NCBI GenBank assembly: GCA_036383955.1
Contig: DASVNH010000241.1
Span: 24,261-88,260 of the forward strand
Direction of reading: 5' to 3'
Source: Planctomycetota bacterium
GTDB taxonomy: Bacteria > Planctomycetota > MHYJ01 > JACPRB01
Length of the DNA stretch: 64,000 nt
Position numbers and translations under genes: made by a program. Under the pieces are notes generated by a model that ran no database searches, was not told where the DNA came from, and worked only from the letters and a program-made list of their open reading frames with translations. Positions 16,443-26,446 of this stretch are shown here, piece by piece. Position 1 is the first letter of the stretch. Each line of letters begins with the position of its first letter.

Positions 16443-18752
16443 GTGATGCTGGTCGCCGCGCTCGTCCTGGCCGTCGCGCAAGAGAAGCCTTCGCCCGAGG
16501 CCCTCGAGTTCTTCGAGAAGAAGATCCGGCCGGTCCTCGTCGAGCGCTGCTATTCCTGCCACAGCGCCGAGGCGAAGAAGCTCAAGGGCGCGCTGCGGGT
16601 GGACAGCCGGGCCGACATCCTTCAGGGCGGCGACACCGGGCCGTCGGCCGTCCCCGGCGATCCCGAGAAGAGCCTCCTCATCAAGGCGCTCCGCTACACC
16701 GACCCCGACCTCCAGATGCCGCCGAAGGAGAAGCTGCCGGCGGCGGTCGTCGACGACTTCGCCCGCTGGATCGTGATGGGCCTGCCCTGGCCCGGCGGCG
16801 GCGACGCGGCCAAGCCGGCCAAGCGCGAGGGGATGGAGATCCGCGCGGAGGACCGGGCCTACTGGGCGTACCGGCCCGTGAACCGGCCTGTCGTGCCCGC
16901 CGGCGCGCATCCCGTCGACGCCCTCCTGCTCGCGAAGCTCCGCGACAAGGGCCTGAGCCTCTCGCGCCCGGCGTCGCGCGAGGTCCTGATCCGCCGGGCG
17001 GCCTACGACCTCACCGGCCTGCCGCCGAGCGCGGAGGAGGTCGACGCCTTCCTCAAGGACCCCGCGCCCGACGCCTACGAGAAGCTGCTCGAGCGGCTCC
17101 TGGCGAGCCCGCGCTACGGCGAGAAGTGGGGGCGGCACTGGCTCGACCTCGTCCGCTTCGCGGAGACCAACGGCTACGAGCGCGACGGCGACAAGCCCAA
17201 CGCCTGGCGCTACCGCGACTACGTGATCCGCGCCTTCAACGAGGACAAGCCGTACGACCTCTTCCTCAAGGAGCAGCTCGCCGGCGACGAGATGGAGCCG
17301 CGGACGTCCGACGCGATCATCGCCACCGGCTACTACCGCCTCGGGCTCGTCGACGACGAGCCCGCCGACCGCGACCAGGCGAAATTCGACGGCCTGGACG
17401 GCTACGTTTCGACGACGTCCCAGGTCATGCTCGGCCTGACGATCGGCTGCGCCCGCTGCCACGACCACAAGAAGGACCCGATCCCGCAGACGGACTACTA
17501 CCGCTTCCTGGCGTTCTTCCACGGCGTCAATCCGACGGCGCGCGACGGCCCCGGCGCCGAGACCGTCCTGGCGCGCGACGAGGCCGGCCACAAGGCCTTC
17601 GAGGAGAAGCTGCGGCCCCTCGAGGAGGAGCTGAAGCGGAAGCCGGACGAGCCCCGCCGCAAGGCGCTGCAGAAGGCGATCGAGGACCTCAAGAAGTCGC
17701 CGCCGAAGGACGAGAAGGCCCTGAGCGTGGCGGAGACCGGGCGCCCCCCCGACACCTTCCTGCTCCGCCGCGGCAATCCGCGCGTCGAGGGCGAAAAGGT
17801 CGAGCCGGGCTTTCCCGTGGTCCTCGGCTTCCCCGACCCCGACCTCTCCAAGACGAAGAAGGGCCAGAGCAGCGGACGTCGCACCGTCCTCGCCGAGTGG
17901 ATCGCGAACCCCGCCAACCCGCTGACCTCGCGGGTCATGGCCAACCGCCTCTGGCAGCACCACTTCGGCCGCGCGATCGTCCCGACGTCCAGCGACTTCG
18001 GCCGCCTGGGCGAGGCGCCGACCCATCCGGAGCTTCTCGACTGGCTGGCCTCGGAGCTCGTCGCGCGCCGCTGGAAGCTCAAGGACATGCACCGGCTGCT
18101 CATGACGTCGAACGCCTACCGCGCCGCTTCGGCGGACGACCGCTCCGCCCTCGCGAAGGACCCGGCGAACGAGCTGTTCTGGCGCTATCCCATGCGGCGC
18201 CTGACGGCCGAGGAGCTCCGCGACTCGATCCTCGCGGTCAACGGCACGCTCAACCTGAAGGCGGGCGGGCCGAGCGTCTTCCCGCCCCTGCCGAAGGAGG
18301 TGCTGGCGACGTCCTCCACCCCCAAGAGCGCGTGGGGGAAGTCGACGCCCGAGGAAGCCGCGCGCCGCAGCGTCTACATCAAGGTCAAGCGCTCGCTGCT
18401 CGTGCCGCTGCTGGCGGCCCACGACTTCGCCGACACGGACTCCAGCTGCGCGGTGCGCTTCGCCACGACGGTGCCCACGCAGGCCCTGACGCTGCTCAAC
18501 AGCGAGTTCATGAACGAGCAGGCCGCGCTCTTCGCCCGGAAGCTGGAGCGGGAGGCGCCGGGGGACGTCGACGCCCAGATCCGCCTCGCCCTGCGCTCGG
18601 TGACGCAGCGGCCGGCTTCGGCGAAGGAAGTCGCGCGGGGCCGGGCGCTGATCGACGCCCTGCGCGGGCAGGACGGCCTGGACGCGGGGCGGGCGCTGAC
18701 GGGCTTCTGCCTGATGGCGTTGAACCTGAACGAATTCGTTTATTTGGATTGA
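16443..18752 (+). CDS. PSCyt1/PSCyt2/PSD1 (DUF1549/DUF1553) planctomycete cytochrome-c-domain protein
   Basis: N-terminal CYSCHSAEAKKLKGALRVDSR, then DUF1549-type YGEKWGRHWLDLVRFAETNGYERD, then CARCHDHKKDPI and DUF1553-type ANRLWQHHFGRAIV. Confidence 0.9.
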   Translation: MMLVAALVLAVAQEKPSPEALEFFEKKIRPVLVERCYSCHSAEAKKLKGALRVDSRADILQGGDTGPSAVPGDPEKSLLIKALRYTDPDLQMPPKEKLPAAVVDDFARWIVMGLPWPGGGDAAKPAKREGMEIRAEDRAYWAYRPVNRPVVPAGAHPVDALLLAKLRDKGLSLSRPASREVLIRRAAYDLTGLPPSAEEVDAFLKDPAPDAYEKLLERLLASPRYGEKWGRHWLDLVRFAETNGYERDGDKPNAWRYRDYVIRAFNEDKPYDLFLKEQLAGDEMEPRTSDAIIATGYYRLGLVDDEPADRDQAKFDGLDGYVSTTSQVMLGLTIGCARCHDHKKDPIPQTDYYRFLAFFHGVNPTARDGPGAETVLARDEAGHKAFEEKLRPLEEELKRKPDEPRRKALQKAIEDLKKSPPKDEKALSVAETGRPPDTFLLRRGNPRVEGEKVEPGFPVVLGFPDPDLSKTKKGQSSGRRTVLAEWIANPANPLTSRVMANRLWQHHFGRAIVPTSSDFGRLGEAPTHPELLDWLASELVARRWKLKDMHRLLMTSNAYRAASADDRSALAKDPANELFWRYPMRRLTAEELRDSILAVNGTLNLKAGGPSVFPPLPKEVLATSSTPKSAWGKSTPEEAARRSVYIKVKRSLLVPLLAAHDFADTDSSCAVRFATTVPTQALTLLNSEFMNEQAALFARKLEREAPGDVDAQIRLALRSVTQRPASAKEVARGRALIDALRGQDGLDAGRALTGFCLMALNLNEFVYLD

Positions 18753-18757
18753 GAGTT

Positions 18758-20206
18758 ATGAGCTTTTGCGGACGCACGCGGCGCGAGTTCCTCTGGCAGG
18801 CGGGCGGCGGCTTCGGGGCCGCGGCGCTGTCGAGCCTGCTCGGCGACGACTTCTTCGCGTCCCAGGCGCTGGCGGCGGACGGGCAGTCGGCGTACACGAG
18901 CCCGCTGGCGCCGAAGAAGCCGCACTTCAAGGCCAAGGCCAAGAGCGTGATCTTCCTCTTCATGTACGGCGGCCCCAGCCAGGTGGACACGTTCGACTAC
19001 AAGCCCGAGCTCTATCCGCTGGACGGGAAGACGATCCCGGTGAAGACGTTCGGGCGCGGCGGGAAGAAGAACGAAGGGCGCGTGGTCGGCCCCAAGTGGG
19101 CCTTCAAGCCCTACGGGAAGTGCGGCAAGCTCGTGTCCGACCTCTTCCCCCACGTGGGCACCTGCGTCGACGACATCGCCTTCCTGCATTCGATGACGGC
19201 CGACTCCCCGATCCACGGCTCGGCCATGCTGATGATGAACAGCGGCCGCGTGCTGAGCGGCCATCCCTGCATGGGCTCCTGGGTCAACTACGGCCTCGGC
19301 ACCGTGAACCAGAACCTGCCGGGCTTCGTCGTCATGCTCGACGAGAAGGGCGGTCCCATCAGCGGCGCCAAGAACTGGTCGAGCGGCTACATGCCCGCCT
19401 CGTACCAGGGCGTCGTGCTGCGCCCCACCGGCCAGCCCATCCTCGACCTGGAGCGGCCGGCGGGGATGACCGAGCCGGCGCAACGGAGGATCCTCGACGC
19501 CCTCAAGGACTTCAACCAGGAGCACGAGGCGACGCGCTCCAGCAACTCCAACCTCCAGGCGCGCATCGCCAGCTACGAGCTCGCCTTCAACATGCAGAAG
19601 CACGCGCCGGAGGCCGTCGACCTCTCCAAGGAGCCCGACCACATCCGCGAGCTCTACGGGCTGAACGAGAAGCGCACGGAGGACTTCGGGAAGAAGTGCC
19701 TGATGGCGCGACGGCTGGTGGAGCGGGGCGTGCGCTTCATCCAGCTCTACTCGGGCGGCGCGCACAACGACGACAACTGGGACGCCCACAGCGACATGGT
19801 GAAGAACCACACCTTCCACGCCGGGAACACGGACAAGCCGATCGCCGGCCTGCTCAAGGACCTGAAGCAGCGCGGGCTGCTCGACGAGACGCTGGTCGTC
19901 TGGGGCGGCGAGTTCGGCCGCCAGCCCACCGCCGAATACGCGCAGGGCACGGGCCGCGACCACAATTCCTACGGCTTCACGATGTGGGTCGCGGGCGGCG
20001 GCATCAAGGGCGGCATCAGCGTGGGCAAGACCGACGAGCTGGGCAGCGCGGCCATCGAGGACCGCTTCCACGTGAAGCACCTCCACGCGACCATCCTCCA
20101 CCAGCTCGGCCTCGATCCCGAGAAGCTCTCGTTCTTCTTCAGCGGGCTCGATCAGAAGCTCGTCGGCGTCGAAGGGGCGGAGCCCATCCACAAAATCATC
20201 GCGTGA
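18758..20206 (+). CDS. DUF1501 (sulfatase-like) protein with Tat signal
   Basis: ATG lies 6 nt after the previous stop. Tat motif GRTRREFLWQAGGG. DUF1501 hallmarks FLFMYGGPSQVDTFDYKP, SMTADSPIHG, WGGEFGRQP, GRDHN. In-frame Met inside track ORF 17126..20206. Confidence 0.9.
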   Translation: MSFCGRTRREFLWQAGGGFGAAALSSLLGDDFFASQALAADGQSAYTSPLAPKKPHFKAKAKSVIFLFMYGGPSQVDTFDYKPELYPLDGKTIPVKTFGRGGKKNEGRVVGPKWAFKPYGKCGKLVSDLFPHVGTCVDDIAFLHSMTADSPIHGSAMLMMNSGRVLSGHPCMGSWVNYGLGTVNQNLPGFVVMLDEKGGPISGAKNWSSGYMPASYQGVVLRPTGQPILDLERPAGMTEPAQRRILDALKDFNQEHEATRSSNSNLQARIASYELAFNMQKHAPEAVDLSKEPDHIRELYGLNEKRTEDFGKKCLMARRLVERGVRFIQLYSGGAHNDDNWDAHSDMVKNHTFHAGNTDKPIAGLLKDLKQRGLLDETLVVWGGEFGRQPTAEYAQGTGRDHNSYGFTMWVAGGGIKGGISVGKTDELGSAAIEDRFHVKHLHATILHQLGLDPEKLSFFFSGLDQKLVGVEGAEPIHKIIA

Positions 20207-20207
20207 T

Positions 20208-20272
20208 GAGCCGCGGAGCCACCGGGACGCCTCTGGTGGGTCGGGTCTCTGCGGCTCTGTGTCTCTGTGGCC
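20208..20272. repeat. REP-like extragenic element (imperfect hairpin plus CTCTGTGTCTCTGTGGC tail)
   Basis: GAGCCGCGGAGCCACC (20208..20223) pairs imperfectly with GGTGGGTCGGGTCTCTGCGGCTC (20235..20257). The 17-mer CTCTGTGTCTCTGTGGC (20255..20271) recurs exactly at 41930..41946. Confidence 0.6.
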
Positions 20273-20290
20273 AATAAGGGGTAAGGAAAC

Positions 20291-21184
20291 ATGCTTGTGA
20301 CGCTGCTGTTGTCGCTCGTTCTTCAGGACGTCAAGGTCCAGCAGGTCGGGACGCCCCGGCGGTTCCTGGCCGCCGACTACTCCAAGGGCACCCTCGCGAT
20401 CTTCGGCAAGGACGGCAAGGTCGAGTGGAAGACCAAGATCGGGGCCATCCACGACGCCTGGGTGCTGCCCAACGGCAACATCCTCTACCAGCAGGGCTGG
20501 ACGAAGATCCTCGAAGTGACGCCGGAGCAGAAGGAAGTCTGGTCCTACGACGCCGCGAAGATGAACGGCAACGAGGGCAGGAAAATCGAGGTCCACGCCT
20601 TCCAGCGGCTCGCCGACGGCCTGACGATGATCGTCGAGTCCGGCTCCGCGCGCATCATCGAAGTCGACAAGGACGGCGCGATCAAGAAGCTGGTCAAGCT
20701 CCCCATCGAGAAGCCCGATCCGCATCGCGACACCCGGAACGCCCGCAAGCTCGCCAACGGCAACTATCTCGTGTGCCACGAGTCCCTGCTGAAAGTGCGC
20801 GAGTACGACGGCGAGGGCAAGACCGTCTGGGAGCACGACGTGAAGTCCAAGGTCTACGGCGCCGTCCGCCTGAAGAACGGCAACACGCTGATCTCGGCCG
20901 GCGACGGCCACCGCGTGTTCGAAGTCGACCCCTCCGGCAAGGAAGTCTGGTCGATCGGAAAGGACGAGCTCCCCGGCGTGACCCTCGCGTGGATGACGCA
21001 GGTCGAGCGCCTGCCGAACGGCAACACGTTCATCGTCAACTGCCACGGCAAGCCGACCGACCCCCAGCTCATCGAGGTCTCCCCGGAGAAGAAGATCGTG
21101 TGGTCGTACCGCGACTTCGAGACGCTGGGGGGCGCGACGGCCGTCGCCCAGACCCTGGACGATCCGGCGGCCACGATCCGGTGA
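20291..21184 (+). CDS. Secreted beta-propeller-like repeat protein, function unknown
   Basis: SD AAGG upstream. Five or six repeats of xLxNGNxL plus (K/E)xVW(S/E)x (VLPNGNIL, KLANGNYL, RLKNGNTL, RLPNGNTF; KVEWKT, EVWSYD, TVWEHD, EVWSIG, IVWSYR). Confidence 0.7.
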   Translation: MLVTLLLSLVLQDVKVQQVGTPRRFLAADYSKGTLAIFGKDGKVEWKTKIGAIHDAWVLPNGNILYQQGWTKILEVTPEQKEVWSYDAAKMNGNEGRKIEVHAFQRLADGLTMIVESGSARIIEVDKDGAIKKLVKLPIEKPDPHRDTRNARKLANGNYLVCHESLLKVREYDGEGKTVWEHDVKSKVYGAVRLKNGNTLISAGDGHRVFEVDPSGKEVWSIGKDELPGVTLAWMTQVERLPNGNTFIVNCHGKPTDPQLIEVSPEKKIVWSYRDFETLGGATAVAQTLDDPAATIR

Positions 21185-21186
21185 CG

Positions 21187-21281
21187 TTCACCACGAAGGA
21201 CACGAAGACCACGAAGGACGAAACCATGAGGACGGGGCGTACAAGCGACGAAGAACGGATTCTTCGTGTCTTTGTGGTGAA
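21187..21281. repeat. REP-like inverted repeat (CACGAAG-period family)
   Basis: TTCACCACGAAGGACACGAAGA (21187..21208) pairs with TCTTCGTGTCTTTGTGGTGAA (21261..21281), with two differences between the arms. The left arm continues as a tandem of CCACGAAGGA-like units. The element fills the gap between the stop at 21184 and the GTG at 21285. Confidence 0.6.
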
Positions 21282-21284
21282 CAC

Positions 21285-22250
21285 GTGAAGAAACTGCGCT
21301 GGGGGATCCTGGGGACGGGGCGCATCGCGGGGACGTTCGCGGAGGCGCTGGCCGTCCTGCCGGAGATGGAGCTCGCCGCGGTCGGCTCCCGCTCCGCCGG
21401 CTCCGCGAAGGAGTTCGCCGCGAAGCACAAGGTCCCGCGGGCGCACGAGAGCTACGAGGCGCTCGCGAAGGACGACGTCGACGCCGTCTACGTCGCCACG
21501 CCGCATCCGTGCCACCGGGAGAACGCGATCCTCTGCCTGCGGGCGGGGAAGGCCGTGCTCGTCGAAAAACCGTTCGCGATGAACGAGCGCGAGGCCCGGG
21601 AGATGGTGGACGTCGCCCGGAAGGAAAGGCGCTTCCTGATGGAAGCCATGTGGACGCACTTCCTGCCGGCGATCGTCCGCGCCGAGGCGCTCGTGAAGAA
21701 GGGCGCGATCGGCGAGCTCCTGATGGTCCAGGCGGACTTCGGGTTCCGCGCGCCCTTCGATCCCAAGGGCCGGCTCTTCGACCCGGCGCTCGGCGGCGGC
21801 TCGCTGCTGGACGTCGGCGTCTACCCCGTCTCCCTCGCCACGCGGCTGCTGGGCGAGCCCGCGAAGATCCAGAGCGCGGCGGTGCTGGGGAAGACGGGCG
21901 TCGACGAGCAGGCCTCGATGATCCTGGAGTACGCGGGCGGCGCCCAGGCCGTCCTGTCCAGCGCCATCCGCTGCGAGACGGGGCACGCGGCCGTCCTGTC
22001 CGGGACGGAGGGCCGGATCCGGATCGAGGCGCCGTTCTGGAAGAGCCAGAAGCTGATGGTGAAGGAGGAGGCGGTCGACCTCCCCTTCCGCGGCAACGGC
22101 TACACGCACCAGGCGCTCGAGGTGGCGCGCTGCCTGGTCGAGGGCGAGCTCGAAAGCCCCCGGATGTCGCACGCCTTCTCGCTCTCGGTGATGCGGACGC
22201 TCGACGCCCTCCGCCGCCCCTGGGGGCTGCGTTATCCGGCCGACGGTTAA
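21285..22250 (+). CDS. Gfo/Idh/MocA family oxidoreductase
   Basis: GTG start. Rossmann motif WGILGTGRIA, then EKPFAMN and the typical C-terminal alpha/beta domain. Confidence 0.85.
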   Translation: MKKLRWGILGTGRIAGTFAEALAVLPEMELAAVGSRSAGSAKEFAAKHKVPRAHESYEALAKDDVDAVYVATPHPCHRENAILCLRAGKAVLVEKPFAMNEREAREMVDVARKERRFLMEAMWTHFLPAIVRAEALVKKGAIGELLMVQADFGFRAPFDPKGRLFDPALGGGSLLDVGVYPVSLATRLLGEPAKIQSAAVLGKTGVDEQASMILEYAGGAQAVLSSAIRCETGHAAVLSGTEGRIRIEAPFWKSQKLMVKEEAVDLPFRGNGYTHQALEVARCLVEGELESPRMSHAFSLSVMRTLDALRRPWGLRYPADG

Positions 22251-22311
22251 GAGTGGATGCCCCACGGACGCCTTTGATAAGGTGTCCAGGCTTTCCTAGG
22301 GAGATCAATCG

Positions 22312-23313
<1,002 letters not shown>

Positions 23314-24801
23314 ATGGCCGACCCGTTCCTCGAGGCCCGCGGCCTCGCCAAGCGCTTCCCCGGCGTCCGGGCCCTCGACGGCGTCGACCTCACGGTCGGC
23401 CGCGGCGAAACCGTGGCCGTCATCGGCGAGAACGGCGCGGGCAAGAGCACCCTCATGAAGATCCTGGCGGGCGTGCAAACGCCCGACGCCGGCGAGATCC
23501 GCGTCGAGGGACGGCCGGTCCGGATCGACTCCGTCCGCGCCGCCGAGAAGCTCGGCATCGCCCTCATCCACCAGGAGCTGAACCTCTGCGACAACCTGGA
23601 CATCGCCGCCAACATCTTCCTCGGCCGCGAGCCGCGCCGGGGGCCCTTCGTCGACCGCGTGAAGATGGAGATCGACGCCGCGGAGCTCGTCGAGCGGGTC
23701 GGCCTCGACGCCTACCCTCGCACGCTCGTGAGCACGCTCTCCATCGGCCGCCAGCAGATGGTCGAGATCGCCAAGGCCCTCTCGGTCGACGCGAAGCTGC
23801 TGATCATGGACGAGCCGACCTCCTCCCTCTCGCAGCGCGAGACGGAGCAGCTGTTCCGGGTGATCCGCGACCTCAAGAGCCGCGGCGTCGGCGTCGTTTA
23901 CATCTCGCACCGCCTCGGCGAGGTGAAGGAAGTCGCCGACCGCGTCGTGGTGCTGCGCGACGGCCGCAATTCCGGCGGTCTCGAGAAGAGCCAGATCGAG
24001 CACGCGGCCATGGTGAAGCTGATGGTCGGCCGCGAGCTCACCCAGCTCTTCCCGCATCAGGCGCGCCCGCCGGGCGAGCCGGCGCTGGAGGTCGACGCCC
24101 TCCGCACCGCCGCGCATCCGCGCCACGCGCTGTCGCTCTCGCTGCGAGCCGGCGAGATCGTGGGCGTGGCGGGCCTCGTGGGCTCGGGGCGGACCGAGCT
24201 GCTGACGACGCTGTTCGGCATCGACCGCGCGCGGGGCGGGACGATCCGCGTGGGCGGCCGGGCCGTCGAGTTCAAGCGGCCGCTCGACGCCATCCGCGCG
24301 GGCCTGGCGCTCGTTCCCGAGGACCGCAAGGAGCAGGGGCTGTTCCTGGAGATGGCGCTGCGCGACAACCTGAGCGTCGCGTGGATGCGGGGCCGGGGGC
24401 TCTTCGTCGACCGCGCGGCGGAGCGGACGATGTCGGAGGAGTCGATCGCCAAGCTGCGCGTGAAGACGCCGAACGACCGTCAGCTCGCGCAGTTCCTCTC
24501 GGGCGGGAACCAGCAGAAGATCGTGCTGGGGAAGTGGCTGGCGCTGAATCCCCGCGTGCTGCTCCTCGACGAGCCGACCCGGGGCGTCGACGTGGGCGCC
24601 AAGCAGGAGATCTACAGACTGATGGACGAGCTGTCGGCGAAGGGCGTCGCGATCCTCTTCGTGTCGAGCGATCTGGAGGAGATCCTGGGGATGTCGGACC
24701 GCGCGCTGGTGATGCACCAGGGGCAGATCGCGGGAGAGCTGCCCCGGGCGAAGCTGAGCGAGGAGGCGGTCATGCTGCTGGCGACGGGGACGGCCGCGTG
24801 A
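23314..24801 (+). CDS. Sugar ABC transporter ATP-binding protein (tandem ATPase, RbsA-like)
   Basis: Two Walker A / signature sets (GENGAGKST, LSIGRQQ, LIMDEPT; second half GLVGSGRTE, LSGGNQQK, LLLDEPTRGVD). Confidence 0.9.
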   Translation: MADPFLEARGLAKRFPGVRALDGVDLTVGRGETVAVIGENGAGKSTLMKILAGVQTPDAGEIRVEGRPVRIDSVRAAEKLGIALIHQELNLCDNLDIAANIFLGREPRRGPFVDRVKMEIDAAELVERVGLDAYPRTLVSTLSIGRQQMVEIAKALSVDAKLLIMDEPTSSLSQRETEQLFRVIRDLKSRGVGVVYISHRLGEVKEVADRVVVLRDGRNSGGLEKSQIEHAAMVKLMVGRELTQLFPHQARPPGEPALEVDALRTAAHPRHALSLSLRAGEIVGVAGLVGSGRTELLTTLFGIDRARGGTIRVGGRAVEFKRPLDAIRAGLALVPEDRKEQGLFLEMALRDNLSVAWMRGRGLFVDRAAERTMSEESIAKLRVKTPNDRQLAQFLSGGNQQKIVLGKWLALNPRVLLLDEPTRGVDVGAKQEIYRLMDELSAKGVAILFVSSDLEEILGMSDRALVMHQGQIAGELPRAKLSEEAVMLLATGTAA

Positions 24802-25754
24802 AGAAGGTCTGGGGCATCCTGGGGATCCTGATCTTCGTGATCGTGCTCACGTCGATCCTGAATCCGCGCTTCCTGGGGGCGGGGAACCTGCAGAACACGC
24901 TGCGCTGGTCCTCGCTCTACTCGATCATCAGCGTGGGCGCGGCCTTCGTGATCATCACGGGCGGCGTGGACCTCTCGATCGGCGCGGTGGTCGGCCTCTC
25001 GGGGACGCTGCTCGCGCTGCTGCTCTCGAAGGGCGTCCCCGTCCCCCTGGCCCTCGCGATCGTGCTCGGGCTCTCCGTGGCCATCGGCTTCGCCCACGGG
25101 CTCCTCATCACGAAGCTGAAGGTGCCGGCGTTCATCGTGACGCTCTGCGGCCTGATGATCTACCGCGGGATCGCGCGGGTCGTCACCGACGACCAGAGCC
25201 AGGGCTTCGGCAGCGACTATCCGCTCCTGCACCGCCTGGTCGAGCCGGTGATGGGCGTTCCGGCGCCCTTCATCATCATGGCGATCATCGCGGTGGGCGC
25301 CTCGGTCTTCCTCAACCGCACGGTCTGGGGATGCTGGCTCTACGCGATCGGCCGCAACGAGCGCGCGGCCCTCTACAGCGGCGTCAACACGCACGCCGTC
25401 ACGATCATGGCCTACGTGATCTGCGCCTTCCTGTCCGGCTGGGGCGGGATCCTGATGGCCCTCGACGTGAACTCGATCCAGCCCGCCCAGTTCGGCAACT
25501 TCTACGAGCTCTACGCGATCTCCGCCGCCGTCCTCGGCGGCTGCTCCCTCCGGGGCGGCGAGGGCTCCATCCTCGGCGTCGTCATCGGCTCCGCCGTCAT
25601 GCGCGTGCTCTACAACGCCATCAACGTGCTCGGCATCGAGAACACCTGGGAGTTCGTCATCATCGGCGCCGTCCTGCTCTGCGGCGTCGTCGCCGACGAG
25701 ATCGTCCGCCGCGTCGCCGCCAAACGCCGCGCCGCCAAGGAAGCCGCCGACTAG
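24798..25754 (+). CDS. Sugar ABC transporter permease (RbsC-like)
   Basis: GTG overlaps the previous stop (GTGA). Multi-TM protein with FVIITGGVDLSIGA and YAIGRNERAALYSG motifs. In-frame segment of track ORF 22326..25754. Confidence 0.85.
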   Translation: MKKVWGILGILIFVIVLTSILNPRFLGAGNLQNTLRWSSLYSIISVGAAFVIITGGVDLSIGAVVGLSGTLLALLLSKGVPVPLALAIVLGLSVAIGFAHGLLITKLKVPAFIVTLCGLMIYRGIARVVTDDQSQGFGSDYPLLHRLVEPVMGVPAPFIIMAIIAVGASVFLNRTVWGCWLYAIGRNERAALYSGVNTHAVTIMAYVICAFLSGWGGILMALDVNSIQPAQFGNFYELYAISAAVLGGCSLRGGEGSILGVVIGSAVMRVLYNAINVLGIENTWEFVIIGAVLLCGVVADEIVRRVAAKRRAAKEAAD

Positions 25755-25755
25755 C

Positions 25756-25790
25756 CCGTTCGGAAGCTGCCCGGCACAATCCGAACGGTT
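25756..25790 (+). terminator. Hairpin after the ABC operon (possible terminator)
   Basis: CCGTTCGGA (25756..25764) and TCCGAACGG (25780..25788) form 9 perfect bp with a 15-nt loop. The hairpin starts 2 nt after TAG 25752-25754. The tail is only TT, so there is no U-tract. Confidence 0.4.
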
Positions 25791-25801
25791 GGCGTTCGAC
25801 G

Positions 25802-26446
25802 TTAGTCGGGGATCAGGCAGGACACGCCGCGCTTCGCCAGCGCGCGGGACGTGGCGTCCCCGCTCCGGAAGCCCCAGCACCAGACTTCGCCGCCCGCCTT
25901 CCGGACGGCCGTGACCGTCGTCCGGTCCGCGCAGGACGCCGGCAGCACCAGCACGCTCGCCCCCGCCTCCGTCATCGCCTTCTCCGGCGCCACCAGGCGC
26001 GCCTCGAGCGTCACGCCGCGGCGCAGGGTGGGATGTCGACGTCCCAGCTCCCGGATCCCCGGATGCCAGAACGAGGAGAAGAAGAGGCGCTCCGGCGGCA
26101 GGACCCGCAGCGCGCGATCCGCGACCTCCACCGGCAGGCAGGTCTCCTTGAGGTCGAGGAAGACCAGGCCCCGCGTCGCCGCGCGGAGGAAGTCTTCGAG
26201 CGTCGGGATCGGTTCGCCGTTCGACAGCTTCCGCTTGCGGAGTCCCTGGGCGCTCAGCGATTCCACCGGCGTGCCGTCCGCGAACGCCGGATCGTGGTGG
26301 ATGAAGTACGCGCCGTCCGAGCTCCGGCGGACGTCGATCTCTACGCCGTCCGTCCGCCCCCGCAGGACCGCGCGCAGCGCGGCGAGCGAGTTCTCGGGAT
26401 GTCGGTGCCCCTGCCGGGCCCGATGGGCCAGCACCAGCGGTCGCAT
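25802..26446 (-). CDS. Glycerophosphodiester phosphodiesterase (GDPD family)
   Basis: Internal Met of track ORF 25802..26647. Motifs LAHRARQGHRHPENSLAAL and VEIDVRRSSDGAYFIHHD. Confidence 0.75.
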   Translation of the reverse strand: MRPLVLAHRARQGHRHPENSLAALRAVLRGRTDGVEIDVRRSSDGAYFIHHDPAFADGTPVESLSAQGLRKRKLSNGEPIPTLEDFLRAATRGLVFLDLKETCLPVEVADRALRVLPPERLFFSSFWHPGIRELGRRHPTLRRGVTLEARLVAPEKAMTEAGASVLVLPASCADRTTVTAVRKAGGEVWCWGFRSGDATSRALAKRGVSCLIPD

